A stretch of DNA of 61,899 nt from Candidatus Parcubacteria bacterium (GTDB taxonomy: Bacteria > Patescibacteriota > Minisyncoccia > Phycocordibacterales > JBAYGS01), in contig JBDKKW010000003.1 in NCBI GenBank assembly GCA_039795895.1, positions 1 to 61,899 of the forward strand, in the 5' to 3' direction. The notes beneath the pieces are model-generated. The model searched no databases. It was not told the origin of the DNA and worked only from the letters and a program-made list of their open reading frames with translations. The position numbers and the translations under genes are program-made. Position 1 is the stretch's first letter. Each line of letters starts with the position of its first letter. Positions 26,124 to 34,608 of this stretch are shown here, one piece after another.

Positions 26124-27070
26124 TGCAAGGGGGAGTGTTTACATTTTGTAACAAAGAGCGGAAAGTGCGACTCCTGTCGGCACTTTCCGCTCTTATACTT
26201 CTCGTCCCTCTACTTGTGTTAGGTGCGTTGCCATATCAATCAACGGGATTCGTAAATGATTTTGCTCATGTAATGACTGATACCGAGCGGATCAATCTCG
26301 AGACTACACTGTCTCAGTTTGAAAAAAAGACGGGTGCTGAGATTGCGGTAGCTGTGATCCCGTCGCTTGATGGAGATACCGTGGAAAACGTTGCTGTTGA
26401 GCTCTTTAAGCAGTGGGGGGTTGGCAAGAAAGACAAAGATAATGGCATTTTGCTTTTGGTGGCAAAAGAGGATAGAAAATTGCGCATTGAAGTCGGGTAC
26501 GGACTTGAAGGGGTGGTTACGGATATCTACGCGAGTCAGGTGATTTCTCAGATCATTACACCGGCATTTAAGGCGGGTAATTTTGGAGCGGGGATTACGG
26601 ATGGGGTGGATGCGCTAATTGCAAAGATTTCGGGTGGTATTGTTCCAGAGAATAATACTCAAGATGGCATTTCTTTTGAGGATATATTCGTCACCGGTAT
26701 TTCTCGATTTCTAGGTGTGTTTGGTCCAGTACTTCTCTTTCTTTCTGTGCAAGTCTTTGGTTCTATGCTTGCACGAAGTAAGTCGTGGTGGATGGGTGGA
26801 GTGTTGGGGGCGCTGATTTCAAGTTTTATCGGATACCTTGTTGGTTCATGGGTGGCTGTATTAATTTTCGGGTTATTTTTTGTTCCGATGGGGTTACTGT
26901 TTGATTATCTGGTGTCGAAGTCATACGAAAAATACAAAAAGAATGGCTCAAAAGGAAATTGGTTTTTCTTTGGGGGAGGTTCTCGTGGAGGTGGATTTTC
27001 TTCTGGCGGAGGCTTTGGTGGTTTTGGTGGTGGTTCATCGGGAGGCGGAGGTTCTTCGGGGAGTTGGTGA
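26123..27070 (+). CDS. TPM-domain (YgcG-like) membrane protein with a Gly-rich tail
   Basis: GFVNDFAHVMTDTERINLETTLSQFEKKTGAEIAV, KLRIEVGYGLEG, C-terminal TM helices and a GGGSRGGGFSSGGGFGGFGGGSSGGGG tail. Its start overlaps the LemA stop (TAATG). Confidence 0.8.
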   Translation: MQGGVFTFCNKERKVRLLSALSALILLVPLLVLGALPYQSTGFVNDFAHVMTDTERINLETTLSQFEKKTGAEIAVAVIPSLDGDTVENVAVELFKQWGVGKKDKDNGILLLVAKEDRKLRIEVGYGLEGVVTDIYASQVISQIITPAFKAGNFGAGITDGVDALIAKISGGIVPENNTQDGISFEDIFVTGISRFLGVFGPVLLFLSVQVFGSMLARSKSWWMGGVLGALISSFIGYLVGSWVAVLIFGLFFVPMGLLFDYLVSKSYEKYKKNGSKGNWFFFGGGSRGGGFSSGGGFGGFGGGSSGGGGSSGSW

Positions 27071-27074
27071 TGGG

Positions 27075-27210
27075 GAAGACAGGTCAGCAAGAGAGATAAG
27101 AAGACAAGTCAGACATGAAAAAAGAATCAAAGGAAAAGAGCGATGCCGTAGGCATCGCCTTTTCCCGCTAGGTCTTCTTGTCTGACAGGTCTATCTTGCT
27201 TCTGGTCTAG
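27075..27210. repeat. Nested palindrome: GAAGAC-NN-GTCAG repeat blocks in inverted orientation around a terminator hairpin
   Basis: 27075-27115 GAAGACAGGTCAGCAAGAGAGATAAGAAGACAAGTCAGACA; hairpin GCGATGCC-GTA-GGCATCGC (27140-27158) plus T-run; 27169-27210 CTAGGTCTTCTTGTCTGACAGGTCTATCTTGCTTCTGGTCTAG. It shares 14-23-nt blocks with 43050..43178. Confidence 0.7.
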
Positions 27211-27236
27211 CATTCTCTGTGCTATACTTTTCCCAT

Positions 27237-27731
27237 ATGAGCACACTTATGAAGCGTTGGTCACAAGATACCGGTATTTTTATTGGCGTACTTGCCGCAT
27301 TGTTACTTTTATTATTCTTGGCAGGCATTTCACGGTACGGATCATACGATCGGATCCCACTCGTGGCACAAGTATTACCACATGCGGTCTTTGGTGACAC
27401 CAAAGTCACTCTCACGGTTGCTGACACACAAGCCACTCGTGCAAAAGGTCTCTCGGGACATGCGCCATTGTTGCCGACCGAGGGAATGCTTTTTGTATTT
27501 GATCAGCCAACCTATCCAGGAATGTGGATGAAGGATATGTTGTTCCCAATCGATATTGTTTGGCTCGACCAAAACAGTATTATTGTGGATATCAAAGACT
27601 CGGTTGGTCCGGAAACATACCCGCAAGTGTTTGCTCCGCGTGCAAAATCACTCTATGTCGTCGAGTTGCCAGCAGGATTTGCAAAACGACACGAAATTAA
27701 AATTGGTGATCAGGTCACAATCAAAAAATAA
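27237..27731 (+). CDS. DUF192-domain protein
   Basis: N-terminal TM and GMLFVFDQPTYPGMWMKDMLFPIDIVWLD..YVVELPAGF. Confidence 0.75.
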   Translation: MSTLMKRWSQDTGIFIGVLAALLLLLFLAGISRYGSYDRIPLVAQVLPHAVFGDTKVTLTVADTQATRAKGLSGHAPLLPTEGMLFVFDQPTYPGMWMKDMLFPIDIVWLDQNSIIVDIKDSVGPETYPQVFAPRAKSLYVVELPAGFAKRHEIKIGDQVTIKK

Positions 27732-27763
27732 TCCTGTTTTTCTGCCTACAGGATACTGTTTTT

Positions 27764-27793
27764 ACGGACTGTTCTTTACAGTCCGTTTTTTTT
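27764..27793 (+). terminator. Rho-independent terminator
   Basis: ACGGACTGT-TCTTT-ACAGTCCGT followed by TTTTTTT. Confidence 0.85.
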
Positions 27794-27892
27794 ATCTCCG
27801 CGTGAAATTTTTTTCAAGTTATCCACACTTTTTTTCTAAAAAAGGAGTAAAATGAATCGACTAATAGTAATAATTAATCGCAAGAAAAAGTC

Positions 27893-30685
27893 ATGGCAAT
27901 ATCAATCACGAAACGAGACGGAACAAAGATTGCGTTCAACGCAGACAAGATCAATCGCTCGATCGAGCGCGTATGTGTTGGTCTTGTCGATCCGATTGCA
28001 AAGGTGACTCAGGTTGCCACTGAGACACACCTCACACTCTACGATGGAATGACGACTGAAGAGATGGATCTTGCGACCATCAACGCCGCTGTTCAAAACA
28101 TCAAAGAAGATATTGAGTACGACAAAATCGCCACACGCCTTCTTTTGAAGACAGTCTATCGTCGTGTGATCGGGGATTATGACAAAGATAGTGTTGATGA
28201 CTTGAAGCAAAAGCATAAAGAAGCGTTTATCGCCTACGTGCACACCGGTATTGCTCAAAATCGTCTGCACAAAGATATGGCGGCCAAGTTTAATCTTGAA
28301 ATTCTTGCTGACACACTCGATATGGAGCGTGATGAACTCTTTGTGTACGCTGGACTCGACGGATTGCTCAATCGTTATGCACTTAAAGATGCAAAAAATC
28401 GTCCGATCGAGACTCCACAATTTTTCTTTATGCGTATCGCGATGGGTCTTGCCTACAACGAAAAAGATCCGACCGCCTATGCCAAGAAATTCTATAAAAA
28501 AATGTCTCGCCATGAGTACATTGCTGGAGGTTCGACCAACCTCGGTGCCGGCACCACTCGTCCATCACTCTCAAACTGTTTCCTTCTTGAAATTCACGAC
28601 GATATGGAGCACATTGCAAAGTCGGTATCAGATGTAATGTTGCTTTCAAAAGGCTCGGGAGGTATCGGTGCGTCTATCACCAAGCTTCGTGCAGCAGGTT
28701 CACCGCTCAAATCAAGTTTCGGAGGTGCTTCATCTGGTCCAACGCCATTTGCAAAAATTATCGACACCGCAATCCGTGCGATTCAGCGTGGAGGTAAAAA
28801 AGTCGGTGCACTTTGTTTCTACATGGAAAACTGGCATATGGATTTTCCAGAATTTATTGACTGGAAACACAACGCCGGAGACGACTATCTCCGTATGCGT
28901 ACTGCCAATACCGCGGTGTACCTCTCAGATGAATTTATGAAGCGTGTCGAGGCTGGTCTTGATTGGTTTATGTTTGATCCTGCTGATACACCAGACCTAA
29001 ACGAGCTCTATGGTCAGGCATTTTCTGCTCGCTACGCTGAATATGTCGAAATGGTAGAAAAGGGCGAACTCAAGCACTTTAAGAAGGTTCCTGCTCGCGA
29101 ACAGTACCGCCAAATCCTCGTGTCGCTCCAGAGTACTTCACACCCATGGCTCGTGTGGAAAGACACCATCAACCTCCGTGCGCTCAACAACAACACCGGT
29201 ACGATTCATATGTCGAACCTCTGTACTGAAATCTGTCTTCCACAAGATAGAAATAATGTAGCTGTATGTAACCTCACCTCACTCAATCTCGCAGCACACG
29301 TCTCAAACAAAGAAGTGCAGTGGGGAAGACTTGAAGAGTCTGTTCGCCTTGCGGTCCGACAGCTCGACAACCTTATTGATATCAATGTACTTCCAATTCC
29401 TGAAGCCGTAAAATCAGACAAAGAAAATCGTGCAGTGGGTCTTGGAGTGATGGGTTTTTCAGATACCATCGAACAGCTCGGTATGGCGTATGACAGTGAG
29501 CACGCATGGGACTTCGCTGACCGGATTTTTGAATTCGTAAGCTATATGGCAATCGACGAAAGCGCAAATCTTGCTCGTGAGCGCGGAAGTTATGCAAACT
29601 TTGATGGATCAGAGTGGTCAAAGGGTCGCGTACCTGTCGACACCTTACACACACTCGAATCTGGTCGCGGAGTACCGCTTTCAGTACCGAAAGAAAGTCG
29701 ACACAAGGGTTTGAATTGGAATGTGCTTCGCGCAAAGGTCCGTGGAGGTATGCGCAATGCGACTTTGATGGCAGTGGCACCAAACGCAAACATCGGTCTT
29801 GTGGTGGGTACGACTCCAGGTATTGATCCACGTTTCGCTCAAGTATTTTCTCGCAACAAAATCTCAGGAAAATATCTCGATTTGAATCACAACTTGGTGA
29901 AGGATTTGAAGAATATGAATATTTGGGAAAAGACTCGCGATGCGATCATCGAAAATCAAGGAGATATTTCAAATATTCCTGGCATTCCTGAACACATCAA
30001 GAGTATTTACAAGACCTCATTTACCACCTCACCACACGCGTACATCGAAGTCGCTGCTCGTGCACAAAAGTGGGTGGATCAGGCGCTCTCTCGTAATATG
30101 TATCTTGAGACTCGCGATATCGATGAGACTATGGAGATTTATTCTTCAGCGTGGAAGAAGGGTTTGAAGTCGACCTACTATCTCCATATGAAGCCACGAC
30201 ACACAGCTGAGCAGAGTACGACCAAGGTCAACAAGGGTGAGAAGATGGGTAAGCGTGGATTTGCATCGGTTGCGACCACGGCTATCTCAGCTCCGGTAGT
30301 AGAAAAGGTAGAAGAGGTAGTGGTTGATATTATCCTCGAAGCACCAGTAGTGGCTCCAATACAGGCTTCGATTACTGAAGCACCGGTAGCTGAAGCAAAG
30401 GCGTATACGGCTCCAGTCGCGCCAGCTCCTGTGGCACAAGCGGTACATACACAAGCTCCAGTTCAAAAGCCAAAAACCTTTGTGCCTTTGTCAGAATTAG
30501 TGGTTGAGACGGTGGCTGTAAAGCCAGTGATGGCGTTTGCGGGAGAAGTAGACTCACAGGTTTCTGCTGAGGAGGTGCATACCGCTCAGGCATCACATGG
30601 TCCATTTGCTCGAGTATCTTCGTCAAAACCAAAAGTCTGTCCGATTGATCCAGCGGAGCGAGCGCAGTGTGACAGTTGTCAGTAG
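27893..30685 (+). CDS. nrdA: Class I ribonucleotide reductase alpha subunit with a long low-complexity C-terminal extension
   Basis: ATP-cone start (ITKRDGTKIAFNADKINRSIERV), SNLCTEI active-site loop, STYYLH, then ~165 aa rich in Ala/Pro/Val, ending in CPIDPAERAQCDSCQ. Confidence 0.9.
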   Translation: MAISITKRDGTKIAFNADKINRSIERVCVGLVDPIAKVTQVATETHLTLYDGMTTEEMDLATINAAVQNIKEDIEYDKIATRLLLKTVYRRVIGDYDKDSVDDLKQKHKEAFIAYVHTGIAQNRLHKDMAAKFNLEILADTLDMERDELFVYAGLDGLLNRYALKDAKNRPIETPQFFFMRIAMGLAYNEKDPTAYAKKFYKKMSRHEYIAGGSTNLGAGTTRPSLSNCFLLEIHDDMEHIAKSVSDVMLLSKGSGGIGASITKLRAAGSPLKSSFGGASSGPTPFAKIIDTAIRAIQRGGKKVGALCFYMENWHMDFPEFIDWKHNAGDDYLRMRTANTAVYLSDEFMKRVEAGLDWFMFDPADTPDLNELYGQAFSARYAEYVEMVEKGELKHFKKVPAREQYRQILVSLQSTSHPWLVWKDTINLRALNNNTGTIHMSNLCTEICLPQDRNNVAVCNLTSLNLAAHVSNKEVQWGRLEESVRLAVRQLDNLIDINVLPIPEAVKSDKENRAVGLGVMGFSDTIEQLGMAYDSEHAWDFADRIFEFVSYMAIDESANLARERGSYANFDGSEWSKGRVPVDTLHTLESGRGVPLSVPKESRHKGLNWNVLRAKVRGGMRNATLMAVAPNANIGLVVGTTPGIDPRFAQVFSRNKISGKYLDLNHNLVKDLKNMNIWEKTRDAIIENQGDISNIPGIPEHIKSIYKTSFTTSPHAYIEVAARAQKWVDQALSRNMYLETRDIDETMEIYSSAWKKGLKSTYYLHMKPRHTAEQSTTKVNKGEKMGKRGFASVATTAISAPVVEKVEEVVVDIILEAPVVAPIQASITEAPVAEAKAYTAPVAPAPVAQAVHTQAPVQKPKTFVPLSELVVETVAVKPVMAFAGEVDSQVSAEEVHTAQASHGPFARVSSSKPKVCPIDPAERAQCDSCQ

Positions 30686-30694
30686 GCTCGCTCG

Positions 30695-30783
30695 TCCATC
30701 CGGTTTCAGAGCACGATAAAATTCTGCTGAATTTTTCTCTACTCGGCCTCAACGGCCTCCGTAAGGCTCTGAAACCGGACGGA
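30695..30783 (+). other. 18-bp stem (one mismatch) with a 53-nt loop, immediately after the nrdA stop
   Basis: TCCATCCGGTTTCAGAGC (30695-30712) pairs with GCTCTGAAACCGGACGGA (30766-30783). It is flanked by GCTCGCTCG direct repeats. Confidence 0.6.
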
Positions 30784-30897
30784 CTCGCTCGCTCAAGAAG
30801 GGATTCGTTCTTTATTTCATGTTTTATTCTCCCTTTAAAAAAATGGAGCACTTCAGTACTCTGAAGGAGGGATTTTTATGAGCCCCTTTGATTCTCA

Positions 30898-30925
30898 TTG
30901 TAAAAAGAAGTGAAGTAAGTATAAT
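30898..30925 (+). promoter_or_regulatory. Putative sigma-70 promoter for nrdB
   Basis: TTGTAA (30898-30903), 16-nt spacer, TATAAT (30920-30925). Confidence 0.4.
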
Positions 30926-30964
30926 TATCACACCTTTTAATTAATAGTATTTTTACCTACCCCT

Positions 30965-31990
30965 ATGCTCATCGGAAAAGCATCACCAGAAGATACCAGT
31001 CTCCACCCAATTAAGTACAAGTGGGCGTATGATCTGTACAACCAGGCGGTCCGCAATACCTGGTTCCCGCACGAAATCACCCTCAAAGAAGACTTGGATG
31101 ACTGGAAGAAAATGACCGACGATGAACGTCATGCCGTGAAATTTTTGATGGCCTTTTTCAACCCAGCAGAGTTGATTGTGAATCGCTCGATTGCGCTCGG
31201 TATCTACCCATACTTGAAGTCTCCCGAGTGTCACTTGTATCTCGCCAAGCAGATGTGGGAAGAGGCAAACCATTGTGTGGCTTTTGAATATGTACTCGAG
31301 ACCTTCCCATTTGATCGCGAGACCATTTTTAACCTCCACCTCGAGGTGCCTTCAATGGTGAAAAAAGAAGCGTACATCAATAAGTATATGAAGCGCATGA
31401 CCGAGATGACGGTGGATGTGAGTACGACCGAAGGTAAGAAGGATTTCATCCGCAATCTCGTAGCGACTAATATCGTGATGGAAGGTATCTGGTTTTACAG
31501 TGGCTTTATGGTGGCGCTTTCTTTCCGTCAGCGCAAACAACTTCGCAATTTCGGCTCAATGATCAACTGGGTGCTTCGCGATGAAAGTCTCCATCTTCAG
31601 TTCGGCATGAACTTGATCCAAAATATCTTGGAGGAAAACCCAGATTTGCTCACCCAAGATTTTGCCGACGATATTCGTAATATCATTATCGAAGGAGTGG
31701 ATTGTGAAGTGCTCTACAACAAAGATTTGTTCCCAAATGGTATCCTTGGTCTCAATGCCGACTATGTGAATCAGTATGTAAAATACGTGGCCGACCGCCG
31801 TCTCGAGGAACTCGGTTTCCCAAAGTATTACAACGTCACCAACCCTGCAAAATGGATGTCTACTGCAACCGATGTGTATGAATTGGTAAACTTCTTTGAA
31901 GCTCAAAACACCAGTTACGAAGTGGATTCTCACGCGCACAGCAAGAAGTCAGATAAAGTGGAGGCGAAGGCTCCTGTGACGGCAGAATAA
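30965..31990 (+). CDS. nrdB: Ribonucleotide reductase beta subunit, R2c-like (Phe at the radical-Tyr position)
   Basis: Ferritin-like motifs NPAELIV, WEEANHCVAFEYV, MEGIWFYSGF, RDESLHLQFG. Aligned by eye with E. coli R2, this gives D84->E69 and Y122->F107. Confidence 0.9.
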   Translation: MLIGKASPEDTSLHPIKYKWAYDLYNQAVRNTWFPHEITLKEDLDDWKKMTDDERHAVKFLMAFFNPAELIVNRSIALGIYPYLKSPECHLYLAKQMWEEANHCVAFEYVLETFPFDRETIFNLHLEVPSMVKKEAYINKYMKRMTEMTVDVSTTEGKKDFIRNLVATNIVMEGIWFYSGFMVALSFRQRKQLRNFGSMINWVLRDESLHLQFGMNLIQNILEENPDLLTQDFADDIRNIIIEGVDCEVLYNKDLFPNGILGLNADYVNQYVKYVADRRLEELGFPKYYNVTNPAKWMSTATDVYELVNFFEAQNTSYEVDSHAHSKKSDKVEAKAPVTAE

Positions 31991-32013
31991 TCTGCAATTT
32001 CCCCAAACTACTT

Positions 32014-32046
32014 AAAATCGCTCTATACATCGAGCGATTTTTTGTT
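32014..32046 (+). terminator. Rho-independent terminator
   Basis: AAAATCGCTC / GAGCGATTTT stem followed by a T-run. The same arm sequence is used at 34119..34147. Confidence 0.8.
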
Positions 32047-32101
32047 TGTAAACATATTTTGTACAGTACTATTTCTCAAGCTTGTTATACTAAGTGGGTG
32101 T

Positions 32102-33361
32102 ATGTCAAAATCTTTAGATATTAAAAAAGCACCACGGCCAAAGGTGATTTTTCATATGGACGGAGATGCCTTTTTTGTCGGTGTTGAGGTGGCCAAGAAT
32201 CCCAAACTTAAGGGTCTGCCTGTGGTGACAGGTCAGGAGCGGGGGATTGTGTCTGCTTTGTCGTACGAAGCAAAAGCGCTGGGAATTATTCGAGGGATGC
32301 CTATATTTAAAGTGAAAAAAGATTTTCCCAAAGTGATTATTCTTCCTGGAGATTATGCCTCATATGTCCGCTACTCGGGTCTGATGTTTGATGTTGTTCG
32401 TCGATATGCAGATGACGTTGAGGAATACAGTATTGATGAGTGTTTTGCCGATCTCACTGGTTATGAAAAATTGCACAAGATGTCGCATCAGAAGATTGCT
32501 GAACATATCAAGTCTGAAATCTTTAAGGAACTCAATCTGAGCGTCTCGGTAGGGATTGCACCAACAAAAGTGCTTGCGAAAGTGGCGTCAAAATGGAAAA
32601 AACCAGACGGATTGACCTTGATTGATACTAAATCGGCCCCAGATTTTCTCGCCAAGACGGCAGTCGAGAAAATCTGGGGCATCGGCCCACAAACGTCCAC
32701 CTTTCTTAAAAGACGGGGGATACAAACAGCTCAGGATTTTGTGGCAAAAGGCTTACCTTGGGTAAAGACAAATCTTCCAAAGCCATACGAGGCTTTGTGG
32801 CTTGAGCTCACCGGTGTGTCGGTAATGGATATTAATCCGGTGCGAAAGACGGTGTACTCATCGGTACAAAAGACACGTTCATTTCATCCTGCTACCAACG
32901 ATAAAACCTTTTTACTCTCACAGATTTCAAAGCATATTGAGGATGCGTGTTCAAAGGCTCGACATTTTCAGCTGGTTCCAAAAAAGTTTTCTATTTTTCT
33001 CAAAACACGAGATTTTAAGATTGTTTCAGTCTTGATTCCACTCTCTTCACCTACCAATGCTCCAGAGACTTTGATTACTTTAGCAAAGAAACAATTCAAA
33101 GAGATACACGCAAAGGGTGTACTCTATCGTACAACAGGGGTAATACTACAGGATTTAGTCTCTGATGTGGTATCGCAAGGGGATTTGTTTGGGGACACCA
33201 AACTTGCCGATAAGTTTGAGCTGATACATAAGCAGATCGATTCTCTCGAGGGAAAGTTTGGCCGTCGAGTGGTGTATCTCGCTTCCACCCACTCCGCCCT
33301 CAACCAAAAGCAATCCGGCACTGATTCAGACGATTTGGATAGGAATTTACTTTTTCTCTAA
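32102..33361 (+). CDS. dinB: Y-family DNA polymerase IV
   Basis: VIFHMDGDAFFVGVE, SIDECFADLTG, SVGIAPTKVLAKVAS. ATG 32102 lies downstream of the nrdB terminator. Confidence 0.85.
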   Translation: MSKSLDIKKAPRPKVIFHMDGDAFFVGVEVAKNPKLKGLPVVTGQERGIVSALSYEAKALGIIRGMPIFKVKKDFPKVIILPGDYASYVRYSGLMFDVVRRYADDVEEYSIDECFADLTGYEKLHKMSHQKIAEHIKSEIFKELNLSVSVGIAPTKVLAKVASKWKKPDGLTLIDTKSAPDFLAKTAVEKIWGIGPQTSTFLKRRGIQTAQDFVAKGLPWVKTNLPKPYEALWLELTGVSVMDINPVRKTVYSSVQKTRSFHPATNDKTFLLSQISKHIEDACSKARHFQLVPKKFSIFLKTRDFKIVSVLIPLSSPTNAPETLITLAKKQFKEIHAKGVLYRTTGVILQDLVSDVVSQGDLFGDTKLADKFELIHKQIDSLEGKFGRRVVYLASTHSALNQKQSGTDSDDLDRNLLFL

Positions 33362-33402
33362 TCTATTTGCTTATTTCTTCTTTACCACGTAAACTCCAGG
33401 GT

Positions 33403-33954
33403 ATGAATAATTTCCAAGATAGAGGAGGAAGAGGAGGGTTTCGGGGTGGGGCTTCGGGCGGTAGACCACCGTTTAAGAAGAGTTGGGGAGGAGACAGGGG
33501 TGGGGATCGTGGCGGAGACAAGCCAATGTATCCTGCGACCTGTAGCAAGTGCAACAAGCCGTGTGAGGTGCCGTTTCGCCCAATGAGTGGCAAGCCGGTG
33601 TTTTGCCGAGATTGCTTCAATAGTGGTAGAGACGCGGGAGACACTCGAGGTGCTCGTCCAGACTTTGCTAATCGAGGACCACGACCAGATTTTGGTGGTA
33701 AGCCAAGTTTCCGACCAGATGCGAATGCTGGATTCAAGTCAGCAGGAATTACGGATGATACTAAAAAGCAATTGGCGGAAATGAATAGTAAGCTCGACCG
33801 ATTGATTAATGTTGTCGAAAAAATGAACAGTATTGCAAAGGGGTTGAAGACTCCGGTTTCTGTAGAGACTCCAGCTCCAGCTGAGGTTATCTCTGAAAGT
33901 GTTGAGACTCCGAAGGTAACGAAGAAGAAGACGTCATCAAAAAAGAAAAAGTAA
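33403..33954 (+). CDS. RGG-rich protein with a CxxC-x17-CxxC zinc ribbon
   Basis: MNNFQDRGGRGGFRGGASGGRPP..GGDRGGDRGGDK followed by CSKC-x17-CRDC; Lys-rich C-terminus. Confidence 0.7.
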   Translation: MNNFQDRGGRGGFRGGASGGRPPFKKSWGGDRGGDRGGDKPMYPATCSKCNKPCEVPFRPMSGKPVFCRDCFNSGRDAGDTRGARPDFANRGPRPDFGGKPSFRPDANAGFKSAGITDDTKKQLAEMNSKLDRLINVVEKMNSIAKGLKTPVSVETPAPAEVISESVETPKVTKKKTSSKKKK

Positions 33955-33967
33955 TTTAAAAATAAGA

Positions 33968-34111
33968 GGATGGCGTAGTTGAGTGTAGTTCGACCCAGTA
34001 GGTGATTGTACTCAATCAGGCGCAAGCTCGGCTTGCGACTAAGCGATAGTAGACCTATCGCGCAGGAGTAAACGAGTGAAGCAACGAAGAAATACGCCAA
34101 CTACGCCATCC
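33968..34111. repeat. Multi-hairpin element closed by inverted repeats
   Basis: 14-bp perfect arms GGATGGCGTAGTTG (33968-33981) and CAACTACGCCATCC (34098-34111). Internal hairpins CGCAAGC-TCG-GCTTGCG and GCGATAG-TAGAC-CTATCGC. Confidence 0.6.
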
Positions 34112-34118
34112 TATTAAG

Positions 34119-34147
34119 CAAAAATCGCTCTTTTAAGAGCGATTTTT
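34119..34147 (-). terminator. Hairpin terminator downstream of rnpB
   Basis: AAAATCGCTCT-TTTA-AGAGCGATTTT palindrome, with a T-run on the minus strand. Confidence 0.7.
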
Positions 34148-34151
34148 GATT

Positions 34152-34505
34152 TCTGGGTAACGATAAGCCGAATTCTGTACCCAGCACTATTACAGTGCTG
34201 GGCGATAGTCATTTGTCTGGGCCATATGTTGCCACATAGCTCTGGCGACTCTCCGCATATTCTTGCGAATATTTGGCACGGTCTTGCACGTAGGTAAGGA
34301 TTTGGCCGTTGCAACCCCGATATTACTATCGGGACTCACCCCGTGAAGGGTGCCTCAATCTTTTCAGATTGAAGCGTCTCTGTTCGCACCTCTAGGATTG
34401 CTCCTGACGGGCGTTACCCGCTACCATCCTCCGCACTTTGTGTGCGGACGTGTTCGGACTTTCCTCCCGGATTCCCGAAGAAACCCGAGTAACTATCTAT
34501 TACCC
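34152..34505 (-). ncRNA. rnpB: RNase P RNA (bacterial type)
   Basis: The minus strand reads GGGAGGAAAGTCCGAAC (CR-I, 34455-34471 region) and ACAGAATTCGGCTTATCG (CR-V, ~34162-34179). P1 candidate is GGGTAAT / GTTACCC. The ends are approximate. Confidence 0.85.
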
Positions 34506-34511
34506 TCAATT

Positions 34512-34541
34512 ATTATACCATATATAAGTGTAAATATGCAA
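34512..34541 (-). promoter_or_regulatory. Putative rnpB promoter
   Basis: On the minus strand: TTGCAT (34541-34536), 18-nt spacer, TATAAT (34517-34512), about 7 nt before the proposed 5' G. Confidence 0.5.
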
Positions 34542-34608
34542 ATCTACAATGGATTGACTAGACTGTCCATGTATGTTACTTTGAATTTAGAAAGGTACCT
34601 ACACACAA

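Noticed and set aside
33363-34100. 245-aa minus-strand ORF antisense to the RGG zinc-ribbon gene
   Set aside because: It is the mirror of a low-complexity Gly/Arg-coding region (giving a Pro/Leu/Ser-rich translation) and extends through the IR-closed element. No independent support exists.
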